DNA of 57,084 bases from an uncultured Chroococcidiopsis sp. (GCA_964248365.1 CAXTYC010000034.1:1-57084), one strand, 5' to 3'. Shown: positions 41,504 to 52,269, numbered from the stretch's first letter. Numbers and translations are program-made. The notes: generated from the sequence alone by a model not told the origin.

Positions 41504-42619
41504 CTAGCCTCCAGCCCCTACGTAGAGCAACTGATCCCAAGCTAGGATTACTGCCTGTAAACGGCTAGGTAGACGATTTTGAGCAATGTCAGAGTAGCGC
41601 GTTGTACCATTCGGACTAGTTAAGGTGACAATGCTGTAATCAGCCGCGTTACTAGGTGGTGGATAGTCCAGACCATTGAAATTAGCAAAATTCTGTTGTT
41701 CCAGCAACTTCTCAAACTGTTGTAATTGTTGCTGGGAAATCCGAGATGTCTTAGTTTGGGAAGTGTTGCCGTGATTAACCTCCACTTGAACCAATTGCCC
41801 GTCGTTTCGCAAGTTTGTTTCAATGGTAAGACCTGCGAAGCCACTACTACTGATGGAACGAAAAATCACTCTCGGTTGCAAAGGCGGTGGTAGCTGACTT
41901 TGAGGAATTGGTACAGGTATGCTGCTAGCCGCTTCATCTAGCCTAAAACCCCCAGATTCATCAGTGCGATAAACTCTTATTTGCTGTCCAGCTGCTACAG
42001 CTACTAGAGCGCCAGGTACGACTATAGCTGTGCAGAAAACGCCAGGAGGAGCTAAACCAAGACAGCCATCTGACCAAGTTTGCCGTTCTGCTTGCACAAT
42101 ACGCAAATCAGAAATTGGCAAATTAGACCGCTTCGAGGCATCCTTTAAAACAGGATTGGCAACTTTGGCGGGTAATTGAGCCGAGTTATTTTCAGTTTCT
42201 AAACCTAGGCTGCGTCCAGTGCTATCGGTGCGATAAACCCACGCCTGACGACCATCAGAGACAACAACACGCCACCCTTCAACTATCACTTGGGTGCAGA
42301 GTTGATTCAGCTTCCCTAAACCTAAGCAACCATCAGTCCAAGTTTGCCGACTATATTCAGTGATTTTTAGCTTGCTGGCGGGAATTCCTTCGCGGCGAGA
42401 CAAATCTTGAATCACAGCATTAGCTACACTACCAGGTAAGCGATCGCTCTGACGATTGACTTGACTACCTGCGTTTTGAGCAAGTTTAATCGGTGCAGCC
42501 GTAGCACTGTGCATTACTGCTAAACCAACACTTAAAGATAAAGATAAAATGCTGGTCAAAACTAAGGTGAAAACAAATTGCTGGGGTTGTTTGAATAAAT
42601 GCTGATTAATACCTTTCAT
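41504..42619 (-). CDS. Secreted hypothetical protein with two Cys-containing repeats
   Basis: Hydrophobic signal ending ATA; two ~75 aa repeats with QTWxDGCLGL-x6-CT...VYRTD. Confidence 0.75.
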   Translation of the reverse strand: MKGINQHLFKQPQQFVFTLVLTSILSLSLSVGLAVMHSATAAPIKLAQNAGSQVNRQSDRLPGSVANAVIQDLSRREGIPASKLKITEYSRQTWTDGCLGLGKLNQLCTQVIVEGWRVVVSDGRQAWVYRTDSTGRSLGLETENNSAQLPAKVANPVLKDASKRSNLPISDLRIVQAERQTWSDGCLGLAPPGVFCTAIVVPGALVAVAAGQQIRVYRTDESGGFRLDEAASSIPVPIPQSQLPPPLQPRVIFRSISSSGFAGLTIETNLRNDGQLVQVEVNHGNTSQTKTSRISQQQLQQFEKLLEQQNFANFNGLDYPPPSNAADYSIVTLTSPNGTTRYSDIAQNRLPSRLQAVILAWDQLLYVGAGG

Positions 42620-42888
42620 ATTAGAAGAGGGGCTAGGAGAACCAGAGACTAGGGAAAAACCCTATATGCAAATCCAAAGGCTTGATTAAAGATAGTTTGA
42701 CTTTATTCTTGCGACGAGGGCAAACAGAGTCTTGAAACCTTTTAGAATTGCTTGCCGAAGTTAACACAAGAAAGACGGTTGTGTCATCACCAATTAGTTC
42801 CTTCTTCTGCCTTTGGTAGAGACAAAAAATGTTAATATTTATGAATTTATCGTAATAGGTTTGAATCTTTAAGAGAAATTAGCAAAAA

Positions 42889-44025
42889 TCATGTTTGCAC
42901 AGAAAATTCCTCTGGATCAATTCCCCAATTTACCCAACGAATTGCATCTTGTGCAGAATTAATATTAGGCGGAACTCGCAAAGCATGAATAAATCCTGTG
43001 CTAGGACACGTCATTTTTAATAAATAAATTGATTCTATATCAATATCTACATCTATTTTTAATAGGGTGTATTCTTGCCAACAATCTAATTCAATAGCTT
43101 GCAACTCTTGACAGATTTTAGAATAACCAATTTCTTGTATTAATACTCGACGCAGTTCAGAGTTTGTTTCTTCTAAAAGCCATTTTGATTGCCATTGATT
43201 TGGGTGTATTTTACCATATTTTTCAGGTAAGGTTACGCCATGATAGGAATATAGGCTATAGCCATCAGCAAAAGAAATTGCGGTTTCTATAGAGGCGTGG
43301 AGGCGATTTTCGTTATCTAAGGAGAGTTTTGTGGGGCGATCGCATACAATACAAATCTTTTCAAACGGTAAAATCCAGCCACAATACTTAACTAGCGCTT
43401 CAAATACTGTCAAGTCTCTTTGAGGGTAGTTACAATTTAAAACAGAAATACAAAAGTCAAAAAAACTGATAACAGCCCATTCTTCTTCTGGGTGAATTAT
43501 GGAATAAAGTAGATCATCTGCTAGATCAGGTTTACCAGTTTGTCCGTACAATTGGCTCTCTAGTTGATCCATCAATTGCTCATTAAGTTGGCGGTTCAGT
43601 TGGATAATGAGTTGATTTTCTAGTTTGTACAGTAGTTGAGTCTTTAGTTGGATCTTGATCAGGCTCATGATTCTCCGTTCTAAAGCTCCTCTCAATTTGT
43701 CCTGAATGCGTTCGCCTATCTCACTATACACTTGACTATCTACTTTTTTATTGAGTTGTTTCTCAAGTTCAGTGATCTCCAGTTCTTTCAAAGCCAATTC
43801 TGTCAAGGCTGCAAAAGGGCTATCAAAAAAAATAATTTCAGGCTCTTGTTTGAAAAAGGCAGGGTATAATTCGCTAAGTAAAGTGTAAACAGATCTTATT
43901 GCTTCAGCAGCTTTTTCACGATCAATTCGCTCGGTTGAAAGTGCGATCGCTCTCCACTTTTCCCGATAGACTGGAATCAAAGCCTCTTGCTCAGGCGTTA
44001 ATTTTGTAATTTTCTGCTGTAACAT
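42889..44025 (-). CDS. DUF6745-like domain protein
   Basis: KLTPEQEALIPVYREKW, CDRP...RLH...FADGY...YHGV, LKMTCPSTG...LRVPP. Confidence 0.8.
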   Translation of the reverse strand: MLQQKITKLTPEQEALIPVYREKWRAIALSTERIDREKAAEAIRSVYTLLSELYPAFFKQEPEIIFFDSPFAALTELALKELEITELEKQLNKKVDSQVYSEIGERIQDKLRGALERRIMSLIKIQLKTQLLYKLENQLIIQLNRQLNEQLMDQLESQLYGQTGKPDLADDLLYSIIHPEEEWAVISFFDFCISVLNCNYPQRDLTVFEALVKYCGWILPFEKICIVCDRPTKLSLDNENRLHASIETAISFADGYSLYSYHGVTLPEKYGKIHPNQWQSKWLLEETNSELRRVLIQEIGYSKICQELQAIELDCWQEYTLLKIDVDIDIESIYLLKMTCPSTGFIHALRVPPNINSAQDAIRWVNWGIDPEEFSVQT

Positions 44026-44145
44026 ATCAAGAATTTTTATATTTTTCTCCCTCTCTCATGTTCCCTCCGCCCATTCACCGTTTGGTTTAATAGATATTTC
44101 GATTTCTTCACCTACTAATATTACGACTTCGTTTATTGACTCGCC

Positions 44146-44254
44146 TGCGAATTAATTCGCAAGCTAATAGCAAAAGTCCTCTTAAGAGGACTAAAACAAA
44201 ATATTCAGTCCACTAAAAGTGGACTTCAGCTACTCGCTGTGGGAATTAATTTCC
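44146..44254. repeat. Four-palindrome REP/REPIN-like element
   Basis: TGCGAATTAATTCGCA, AGTCCTCTTAAGAGGACT, AGTCCACTAAAAGTGGACT, GGAATTAATTTCC in A-B-B'-A' order. Confidence 0.75.
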
Positions 44255-44279
44255 TTGCGGGTAAGGACTCACAACCGTT

Positions 44280-44573
44280 TTAGTCAGCAATATATCGCCA
44301 CCCTGACGGTTCATATTCCCGTTGAATTCTTACCATCCAGATACCTTGGGGAATAGAAATAGCCTGATGTTCTTCGTGATTAAGCAAAGCCTTCTCTGAA
44401 TTTACATGTAGATACAAAGTGCCGTTTTGCTCGTATAATTCCGCTTGTCCCTCCTCTATCCGGTGTTTATGTCCTGTTACTTCGCCTTCAGCTAAAGTTA
44501 GATGATGTAGCTTTTTTCCCTCAACTTGTTCTACAGGTAGTAAAATTACATCGCCTTGTCGAATCGGTTGCAT
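44280..44573 (-). CDS. Small His-rich hypothetical protein, partner of the DUF6745-like gene
   Basis: RQGDV, LAEGEVTGHKH, HEEH, QREY; ATG at 44573 after GGAG. Confidence 0.8.
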   Translation of the reverse strand: MQPIRQGDVILLPVEQVEGKKLHHLTLAEGEVTGHKHRIEEGQAELYEQNGTLYLHVNSEKALLNHEEHQAISIPQGIWMVRIQREYEPSGWRYIAD

Positions 44574-45030
44574 AATTGCTCCAAAGTTTAATGTCTTGCT
44601 CTTTACCACATGATTTGGATTCTGGTTATAAAATTAATTATATAAAAGTAATATATTATACTTGCCTAGTGGTTGTTCAATGGGGGTATAAACTTGTGAT
44701 TGTTTAAATTTAGGTAAGTACCCGCTGTTTCCACTGAGATAAGTATGTAAATTTTGGCACAATATTCCTAAATTATTTACCCTTTTGCTGGCATCATCTA
44801 AAGTTGGACTTTCAATCAAGTTGTAGCCACTTGTGTCAGATATAAGTTAAAGATTGAAATAGTTTAGAGATTTCGTTAGAGCGATGCCCCAAGGGAACTT
44901 ATCCTTAAAGGCTGATGCTCAACCCTTGCCCGATAAATTCCTTTATCGAAAAATTTCCTCTTGACATCAGGCTAAAATTCTCTAAATCTGACTTGTTAGC
45001 CGTAGCTGCTATTTTTTCCCTAAAGTTCTC

Positions 45031-47736
45031 ATGTCAACTCTCGTCATCGTCGAATCTCCTACCAAAGCACGCACCATTCGCAACTACCTGCCAAAGGACT
45101 TCATGGTAGAAGCATCTATGGGTCATGTGCGCGACCTACCCCAGTCCGCTGCTGACATTCCGCCAGCAGTGAAGGGAGAAAAATGGGCGCAACTAGGCGT
45201 AAACGTGGACGCTGACTTTGATCCACTGTATATTGTTCCCAAAGATAAAAAGAAAATTGTCACCCAACTGAAAGAAGCGCTCAAATCCGCAGACGAATTG
45301 GTATTGGCTACTGACGAAGACCGAGAAGGGGAAAGTATCAGTTGGCATTTGTTGCAGCTACTCAAGCCGAAAGTACCCGTCAAGCGGATGGTATTTCACG
45401 AAATCACTGAGGATGCTATCCGCAAAGCTTTGAAAAACTGCCGTAAAGTTGATGAGCAGTTAGTACGCGCCCAGGAAACCCGACGGATTTTAGACAGATT
45501 GGTAGGTTATACCCTCTCTCCCCTGCTGTGGAAGAAAATTGCTCCCAAATTATCAGCAGGGCGGGTACAGTCGGTAGCAGTGCGACTCTTGGTTAACCGA
45601 GAACGTCAACGCCGTGCTTTCCGCGAGGGTAGCTACTGGGATCTGAAGGCGATATTGGAAGCTTCATGGGATCGCCCAGAGGCAAAAGGCTCATTTGAGG
45701 CACGTCTAGTCACATTGGCTGGAACTAAAGTAGCCACAGGGAGCGATTTTGATGAAGCGACGGGACAAATCATTGCTGGACGCAATGTAGTTTTGCTCAA
45801 TGAAGAACAGGCTAGAACCCTTCAAGAGCGCTTGAAAGGTAAAACCTGGCGAGTTACAGACAAAGAAGAACGTCCGGTTACTCGTAAACCCGCACCACCG
45901 TTTACTACCTCTACTTTGCAACAGGAAGCAAACCGGAAATTACGACTGTCGGCGCGGGATACGATGCGAACTGCTCAGAGTTTGTATGAGCAGGGGTATA
46001 TTACCTATATGCGTACTGACTCGGTGCATTTGTCAGATCAAGCGATCGCAGCCGCCCGTAGTTGTGTCGAGAAAATGTACGGTAAAGAATACCTCAGCCC
46101 CCAACCCCGCCAGTACACTACCAAAAGCAAAGGCGCACAAGAAGCACACGAAGCCATTCGCCCCGCTGGTAGCACCTTCCGCACACCCAAGGAAACCGGA
46201 TTGAGTGGTCGGGAACTTGAGCTTTACGATTTGATCTGGAAACGCACTGTCGCCAGCCAAATGGCAGATGCTAGACAAACTCAAATCACTATGCAGTTGC
46301 AAGTCGAAGATGCTGGGTTTAGATCGGGTGGTAAGCGAATTGACTTTCCAGGGTTTTTACGTGCTTATGTAGAAGGATCGGACGATCCAAACGCCGCCTT
46401 GGAAAACCAAGAAGTGATTTTACCCGATCTGAAAGTAGGCTCTAGCCCTGACTGCAAAAAACTCGAAGCGATCGGTCACGAAACCCAACCCCCAGCCCGT
46501 TACACCGAAGCTTCCCTAGTCAAAACCCTAGAAAGCGAGGGCATCGGTCGTCCCAGTACCTACGCCAGCATCATCAACACTATCATCGAAAAGGGCTATG
46601 CCAAGTTGGTAAACAACGCCCTAATTCCGACTTTTACAGCCTTTGCTGTCACCGCCCTGCTAGAAAAATACTTTCCCGACCTAGTAAACACCAGCTTTAC
46701 CTCAAAGATGGAGCAAACCTTGGATGATATTGCTACTGGTGAAGCTAACTGGTTGCCCTACCTACGGGAATTTTACCTGGGAGATCATGGGCTAGAAACT
46801 TTAGTTAAAGAGCGGGAAAACCAAATTGATGCCAACACAGCCCGAAGTGTGGAACTAGAAAACTTAGATGCAAAAGTTCGCATTGGTAAATTTGGTCCCT
46901 ATATAGAAGCCGAAAATGGCAACGGTGTAGTTAATGCTTCCATTCCCAAAGATCTAACCCCAGCTGACTTAGATGCCCAGCGCGTCGAAGAATTGCTGCG
47001 ACAGAAAACCGAGGGACCAGATGAAGTAGGGCGACATCCAGAAACTGGGGAACCGATTTATGTCAAGATTGGCACTTATGGTCCTTATGTTCAGCTAGGG
47101 GATAAATCTGACGATAATCCTAAACCTAAGCAGGCTTCCTTACCCAAAGGAATCAGCCCCGAAAACGTCACCTTAGACACGGCTGTTGGGCTTTTGTCCC
47201 TACCTCGGACATTGGGCGTTCATCCAGCTACCGGAGGCAAAATTCAAGCCAGTATAGGACCTTATGGACCTTATGTAGTCCACGATCAAGGTAAGGAGGG
47301 TGGTAAAGACTACCGATCGCTTAAGGCAAGTGACGATATCTTAACTATTACCCTGCCCAGGGCGCTAGAAATACTAGCTGAGCCGAAAAAGGGACGGCGT
47401 ACCAGCACCAAAAGCTCTAAGCCAGCCTTACGAGAATTGGGTTCTCATCCAACTGATGGAGAGCCAGTGAATATTTACGATGGTCCCTATGGTTCTTATA
47501 TCAAGCATGGTAAAACCAATGTGGGTTTACCCGAAGGACAATCTGTTGAAGATATGACTTTAGCTAAGGCTTTAGAACTTTTAGCGACGAAGGAAAAGGG
47601 CGGTAAATCAACTCGCAAGTCTAGTGCAGCAACAAGTTCAAACGGCAAATCAGCCACTACTACTAAGAAAAAAACCACAACCAGGGGCGCATCTAGCAGC
47701 AAAACTTCTAAGAAGGGGCTAGGGGCTAGGGGCTAG
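45031..47736 (+). CDS. topA: DNA topoisomerase I (type IA) with C-terminal Toprim_C repeats
   Basis: [35 protein letters not shown](K/T/P)(F/Y)G(P/S)Y repeats. Confidence 0.99.
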   Translation: MSTLVIVESPTKARTIRNYLPKDFMVEASMGHVRDLPQSAADIPPAVKGEKWAQLGVNVDADFDPLYIVPKDKKKIVTQLKEALKSADELVLATDEDREGESISWHLLQLLKPKVPVKRMVFHEITEDAIRKALKNCRKVDEQLVRAQETRRILDRLVGYTLSPLLWKKIAPKLSAGRVQSVAVRLLVNRERQRRAFREGSYWDLKAILEASWDRPEAKGSFEARLVTLAGTKVATGSDFDEATGQIIAGRNVVLLNEEQARTLQERLKGKTWRVTDKEERPVTRKPAPPFTTSTLQQEANRKLRLSARDTMRTAQSLYEQGYITYMRTDSVHLSDQAIAAARSCVEKMYGKEYLSPQPRQYTTKSKGAQEAHEAIRPAGSTFRTPKETGLSGRELELYDLIWKRTVASQMADARQTQITMQLQVEDAGFRSGGKRIDFPGFLRAYVEGSDDPNAALENQEVILPDLKVGSSPDCKKLEAIGHETQPPARYTEASLVKTLESEGIGRPSTYASIINTIIEKGYAKLVNNALIPTFTAFAVTALLEKYFPDLVNTSFTSKMEQTLDDIATGEANWLPYLREFYLGDHGLETLVKERENQIDANTARSVELENLDAKVRIGKFGPYIEAENGNGVVNASIPKDLTPADLDAQRVEELLRQKTEGPDEVGRHPETGEPIYVKIGTYGPYVQLGDKSDDNPKPKQASLPKGISPENVTLDTAVGLLSLPRTLGVHPATGGKIQASIGPYGPYVVHDQGKEGGKDYRSLKASDDILTITLPRALEILAEPKKGRRTSTKSSKPALRELGSHPTDGEPVNIYDGPYGSYIKHGKTNVGLPEGQSVEDMTLAKALELLATKEKGGKSTRKSSAATSSNGKSATTTKKKTTTRGASSSKTSKKGLGARG

Positions 47737-47800
47737 GGACTAGGGAAGGACAAGGGGACAAGGGGACAAGGGGCAGAGGGAGCTTTCCCAATCCAAAATC

Positions 47801-47846
47801 ACGCCACTTCGCTCAACGCGGGGAACCCGCGCACGCGAGTGGCTCC
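47801..47846 (-). repeat. Small dispersed palindromic repeat, copy B, in a CCAAAAT heptamer array
   Basis: Reverse complement GGAGCCACTCGCGTGCGCGGGTTCCCCGCGTTGAGCGAAGTGGCGT. Confidence 0.75.
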
Positions 47847-47882
47847 AAAATCTAAAATCCAAAATCCTCTTACCTCTTACCT

Positions 47883-48713
47883 CTAGTCTCTAGCCTCCAG
47901 CCCCTCTAAAAAGTTATCGATGTCCTTTCGCACCAAGTCGGGAATTTCCCAAGGGAACAAATGGGCGGTATTGGGGTAGCATCGGTACTGACAATTTTTG
48001 AGGTGTTGGGCAGTTTCCTGGCTCGACTGGGGTGTAATGTGGCGGTCAGCTGCACCCGCTAGGACAAGGCTAGGGCATTGTATTTGGTGCAAGTCTAGTA
48101 AGCGGTTGTAACCCGCTTTGAGGGCGTTACTCAGGGCGCGTTCGGCGGCTGCTCCGGTTTGTAAATATGCTGACATAGCATATTTGGCGAGATAGTCGTA
48201 AGTTGCACTTGTGTGTTGTTGGATCAGGTAGCGATAGAGCGATCGCTTACCAAATGTGTCAATATTCCATTGCCAGCCTGGTTGCAGTGTATTCACAATC
48301 GAAGCTACACCAGTATACAAATTGTCCTGCCAGCTAATTGGTGGATGATTCCCCCTTGGTCGAGCTGCTGTCGCAATCAAAATTAGCCCACTGACTCGTT
48401 CTGGTAGCTTAAGTGCCAGTTCCATAGCCAGAATTCCGCCAAGTGACCAACCCAAAACTAAGCAGCGGTCAATTTGGAAGCGCTCTAGAAGGGCTTCTAA
48501 GTCAATTAGGTGGTCATTCATATCAAAATTGGTCTGGGTACGACTGTTACCGTATCCCCGCAGATCTGGTGCAAGTGTCTGAAACCGCCCCGATAGGTGA
48601 TCGGTAAAAACAGACATACTCATCCCTGAACCAGGATGACCGTGTAAGCAAAGAATCGGGAATCCTTTTCCTTGGACGTGAACGTTAAGATGGACGGCTG
48701 GAGAAGATTTCAT
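47883..48713 (-). CDS. Alpha/beta hydrolase
   Basis: LHGHPG, DLRGYG, GWSLGG nucleophile elbow, AH. Confidence 0.92.
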   Translation of the reverse strand: MKSSPAVHLNVHVQGKGFPILCLHGHPGSGMSMSVFTDHLSGRFQTLAPDLRGYGNSRTQTNFDMNDHLIDLEALLERFQIDRCLVLGWSLGGILAMELALKLPERVSGLILIATAARPRGNHPPISWQDNLYTGVASIVNTLQPGWQWNIDTFGKRSLYRYLIQQHTSATYDYLAKYAMSAYLQTGAAAERALSNALKAGYNRLLDLHQIQCPSLVLAGAADRHITPQSSQETAQHLKNCQYRCYPNTAHLFPWEIPDLVRKDIDNFLEGLEARD

Positions 48714-48904
48714 GAAGATCGTTTTTTGAAAGGCTGTAGTTTTGCACCCAAGCAGCAGCCCAGGTTTTACTATCTCTTTATATTTTCTTTACTATTTTTA
48801 TTTAGTTTTATTGCTATTTAACAGTAGGACTGGGGGAATAGTAGTGATATATGCCCCAGCCTATTTTTTTAGGTTGAAAAACAAAGAGCATATTTTAACT
48901 GCAT

Positions 48905-49339
48905 ATGGAAATGTCACGACTAAACAAAAATTCATGGCTTTTGACAGCACTTTTGCTTGAGTACATATTTGCTGGCTGGCTGCTGTCTGACTGTAAGGCT
49001 CCCTGGTTAACTTGGGCTGGGACACAAGTTGTTACCGTCCATCTAGCTTGGGTAGGCTTTGACGCTGTAGCGATCGCTATAGCTTGGAATGTCGCTTTAG
49101 TCTGGGCGGGAGCATTTTCCTATGCTTGGCCTCAAAGTATTCCCTGGGCTGGAGTTCCAGTATGGGCTTTCGCTTTGGCTGTAATTTGGATTTTAGCTTT
49201 AATATTGGTTTTGACTTTGGCTCAAGCTCAAAAAGTTATTCCATCTATGGGGTTAAGAAAGTCTCAAGTTTTCTTGCTTTTGGTAATCATTGCCCAAGTG
49301 GGATTAGGACTAGGAAGAATGGTGGATATAGCGATCTAA
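48905..49339 (+). CDS. Hypothetical membrane protein
   Basis: Several hydrophobic, Trp-rich segments. Confidence 0.6.
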   Translation: MEMSRLNKNSWLLTALLLEYIFAGWLLSDCKAPWLTWAGTQVVTVHLAWVGFDAVAIAIAWNVALVWAGAFSYAWPQSIPWAGVPVWAFALAVIWILALILVLTLAQAQKVIPSMGLRKSQVFLLLVIIAQVGLGLGRMVDIAI

Positions 49340-49380
49340 AAAGTGAATATTGATAATTGGTAATTGGTAATTGGTAGTTG

Positions 49381-49444
49381 GTAGGGGCGGGTTTCAACGA
49401 GTTATCTGGAGCCTCACAAGTATGTCTAATAAACCCGCCCGTAC
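49381..49444. repeat. GTAG-type REP-like inverted repeat within GGTAATT heptamers
   Basis: GTAGGGGCGGGTTT...AAACCCGCCCGTAC. Confidence 0.7.
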
Positions 49445-49485
49445 GGTAATTGGTAGTTGATAATTAAGCAGGGAGGATTTAATAG

Positions 49486-49920
49486 TTGAAAGAATCATAT
49501 AGGCAGGAGCAAATATCAAATAATTATAGATCGAGAACTCCTAGGTACTATTTAGAGCAAATTGAACCGAATATTTTAGCTAGTTTTACAACTGAACAGC
49601 TAGGGGAAATTACTTCTATTTTAACGCAAGCTATTCCTAAACCATCACCTAAAATAGTAGATTTTAGATTTACTGTTGATTTAGTTGTTTCTCGCTTTTA
49701 CATTGTTTTATTTGTTGGTAAGGATCGGCGCAAGAAACAGCGAAGATATGTGACAGAAGGAATTGCAAGGATTGGAAATGCGATCGCTGCAGTAATTCTC
49801 CTGATTGGCGCTAATTTGGTAATCAGTGCCTTGATTCTACTTTTTGCCTACTTATTCAAGTCAGCAATTGGGCTTGACTTCTTCCCTGGGCATATTTCAG
49901 ACACAGTTAAGAAGCTTTGA
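49486..49920 (+). CDS. Hypothetical membrane protein
   Basis: GGAGG SD, TTG start; SFTTEQL, RFYIVLFVGKDRR, C-terminal TM, YLFKSAIGLDFFP. Confidence 0.7.
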   Translation: MKESYRQEQISNNYRSRTPRYYLEQIEPNILASFTTEQLGEITSILTQAIPKPSPKIVDFRFTVDLVVSRFYIVLFVGKDRRKKQRRYVTEGIARIGNAIAAVILLIGANLVISALILLFAYLFKSAIGLDFFPGHISDTVKKL

Positions 49921-50002
49921 GAAAGATGAAGGTAGAAGGATGAAGGCGCGAAGTGTGAAGGAGACAGAAGACAGGAGACAGAATAATTAATGCATTATCT
50001 TT

Positions 50003-50091
50003 ACCCTTGTCCCCTTATCCCCTTGTCCCCTTGTCCCCTTGTCCCCTTGTCCCCTTGTCCTCTAGCCCCTAGCCCCTAGCCCCTAGCCCCT
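50003..50091. repeat. CCCTTGTC octamer and CTAGCCC heptamer arrays
   Basis: Directly visible. Confidence 0.85.
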
Positions 50092-50144
50092 CAAATAAAT
50101 CTATACTTATAGTCTGGATTGTGAATCGAAAAGGGAGCGTTTAT

Positions 50145-51596
50145 ATGGCATCCATCCGCGAGTTACACCATACTCTGGTTAGTAAAGAACGCTCAGCGGT
50201 TGAAATTACCCAACAGGCGTTGGCTCGGATTCAGGCTTTAGAGCCGAAATTGCACAGCTTTTTGTGTGTGACAACTGACAAAGCATTAGAACAAGCAAGA
50301 GCAGTGGATGCCAAAATAGCCGCAGGGGAAGAATTCGGGTTGCTGGCAGGAATTCCCATTGGTATCAAAGACAATATGTGTACCAAGGGAATTCCCACGA
50401 CTTGCGCCTCTAAAATATTAGAAAATTTTGTACCGCCTTATGAATCTACCGTGACGCAAAAACTAGCAGATGCTGGCGCGGTGATGGTGGGTAAAACCAA
50501 TCTAGATGAGTTTGCGATGGGCAGTTCTACTGAGAACTCAGCTTATCAACTTACGGCTAATCCTTGGGATTTAGAGCGGGTGTCTGGTGGTTCTAGTGGC
50601 GGTTCAGCTGCTGCTGTAGCTGCCTGTGAGTGTACAGTTTCTATTGGTTCTGATACTGGCGGTTCGATTCGTCAGCCTGCTTCTTTTTGTGGCGTAGTGG
50701 GAATGAAACCGACTTACGGGCTGGTTTCTCGTTACGGTTTGGTGGCGTTTGCTTCGTCTTTGGATCAAATTGGACCTTTTGGACGTAGTGTAGAAGATAC
50801 GGCAATATTGTTGGGGGCGATCGCAGGTCACGATCCCAAAGATTCCACTAGTCTGAAAGTCGAAATTCCTGACTACACCCAATTCTTAAAACCCGATCTC
50901 AAATCAATCAGAATCGGTGTAATTAAAGAAACTTTTGGTGAAGGATTAGATCCAGCCGTTGAAAGTGCTGTTAACAAAGCAATTGAGCAACTAAAGCAAT
51001 TAGGAGCAGAAATTAAAGAAATTTCCTGCCCTCGTTTCCGCTATGGGTTGCCTACCTATTACATCATTGCTCCTAGTGAAGCTTCTGCCAACCTAGCTCG
51101 TTACGACGGCGTTAAATATGGCTTCCGCGTTCCAGATCCTGATAATCTGCTAGATATGTATATGCGTACCCGTGCTATGGGCTTCGGTGCAGAAGTCAAA
51201 CGCCGGATTATGATCGGGACTTATACTTTGTCGGCTGGGTATTATGATGCATACTATCTCAAGGCTCAAAAAGTTCGTACTTTGATTAAACAAGACTTTG
51301 AAAACGCTTTTGAGCAAGTGGATGTGTTAGTATCTCCGACTGTTCCCACTACAGCTTTTAAAGCTGGGGAAAAGATAGCCGATCCCCTGAGTATGTATTT
51401 AACTGATTTGATGACGATTTCAGTGAATCTGGCTGGTTTACCAGGATTGAGTTTACCCTGCGGTTTTGACGACAACGGGCTACCAATTGGATTGCAAATA
51501 ATTGGTAATGTGTTAAGAGAAGATCAATTGTTTCGGGTTGCTTATGCATATGAGCAAGCTACTGATTGGCATAATAGAACGCCTCAGTTGAATTAA
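50145..51596 (+). CDS. gatA: Asp/Glu-tRNA amidotransferase subunit A
   Basis: [43 protein letters not shown]. Confidence 0.98.
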   Translation: MASIRELHHTLVSKERSAVEITQQALARIQALEPKLHSFLCVTTDKALEQARAVDAKIAAGEEFGLLAGIPIGIKDNMCTKGIPTTCASKILENFVPPYESTVTQKLADAGAVMVGKTNLDEFAMGSSTENSAYQLTANPWDLERVSGGSSGGSAAAVAACECTVSIGSDTGGSIRQPASFCGVVGMKPTYGLVSRYGLVAFASSLDQIGPFGRSVEDTAILLGAIAGHDPKDSTSLKVEIPDYTQFLKPDLKSIRIGVIKETFGEGLDPAVESAVNKAIEQLKQLGAEIKEISCPRFRYGLPTYYIIAPSEASANLARYDGVKYGFRVPDPDNLLDMYMRTRAMGFGAEVKRRIMIGTYTLSAGYYDAYYLKAQKVRTLIKQDFENAFEQVDVLVSPTVPTTAFKAGEKIADPLSMYLTDLMTISVNLAGLPGLSLPCGFDDNGLPIGLQIIGNVLREDQLFRVAYAYEQATDWHNRTPQLN

Positions 51597-51605
51597 TCTA
51601 TGACC

Positions 51606-51671
51606 TGCTAAGGTCACTGCTCGCCTAGCCGCTTATACTTTAAGCAGCCGTCCCAAGGTGCAGTGTTAGAC
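51606..51671 (-). mobile_element. Degenerate integron attC-like site 1
   Basis: Minus strand GTCTAAC-ACTGCACC...GGCTGC/GCGGCT...GGCGAGC-AGTGAC-CTTAGCA, starting 5 bp after the DUF6887-like stop. Confidence 0.45.
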
Positions 51672-51676
51672 TAATT

Positions 51677-51889
51677 CTACTTAGCTTGATTAATCTTCTC
51701 CACTAAAATCGCTTCCACCTCTGCTTCAGGATCGGCAAGGTCGAAGGGATAGGGATGATAGGCGGCATTCGGATTGCGACGACTGATTAGCACTTCTAGC
51801 GCTGCTCGGAATGCTTCTTCATCATTTCTATGTTTTGAAAGATACTGCTTTAGCTGGGTATTTGTCATTTGGTGTAAGTTCTCGGTCAT
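51677..51889 (-). CDS. DUF6887-like small protein
   Basis: MTNTQLKQYLSKHRNDEEAF motif; ATGA overlap with the upstream gene. Confidence 0.75.
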   Translation of the reverse strand: MTENLHQMTNTQLKQYLSKHRNDEEAFRAALEVLISRRNPNAAYHPYPFDLADPEAEVEAILVEKINQAK

Positions 51890-52068
51890 AGCACAAAATC
51901 CCAATTTCCATCTTCTGTTATTATCAGCGCAATTTCATCAGCTGCCCCAGCCTGAATGTAGAGTGTTTTAAGCGTTCGGTCATAACGGAAGATTTGGATT
52001 GGCTGATATAGATTGGAAAGCAACTGACACAGGAATATTGCTGTATTGGATTGCTTGTGTGTGGGCAA
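51886..52068 (-). CDS. DUF6888-like small protein
   Basis: MPT..Q...FLCQLLSNLYQPIQIFRYD...LYIQAG; AGGA SD, TTG start. Confidence 0.72.
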   Translation of the reverse strand: MPTHKQSNTAIFLCQLLSNLYQPIQIFRYDRTLKTLYIQAGAADEIALIITEDGNWDFVL

Positions 52069-52186
52069 GTTGAAATTCCTAAAGATATGCCAAATGTATG
52101 CTACCAGAAGTTAACTGACCCCTTAGATACGCTCTTCACAACTGCCCTGCACCAGCACTCATAAAGCGCCCCCACAGACAACCTCT

Positions 52187-52269
52187 TACTAACGGCAAAA
52201 CTCAACAGCAAATACCCTGACAACAAAGCAAAAGTCGCAAACCAATCGTCCTGAAGTGAGGTGTTAGAC
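52187..52269 (-). mobile_element. Integron attC-like site 2 (83 bp)
   Basis: Minus strand GTCTAAC-N5-ACTTCAGG...GTTGAGT-N6-GTTAGTA; the stop codon TAA of the upstream ORF lies inside GTCTAAC. Confidence 0.55.

Noticed and set aside
41271..41540. 89 aa minus-strand ORF
   Set aside because: Translation of 10-mer and 7-mer tandem repeats.
44648..44661. GTA-N8-TAC NtcA-like site
   Set aside because: Lies in a very AT-rich tract and has no properly spaced TAN3T -10; likely chance.
14521..51549. Many short antisense or alternate-frame ORFs inside ribosomal genes, topA, gpmI, gatA and ABC-F
   Set aside because: Overlap well-supported conserved genes and have no independent evidence.
52100..52260. 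~50-codon open frame on the minus strand (LQDDWFATFALL...)
   Set aside because: No start codon or recognisable family; overlaps the attC-like site.
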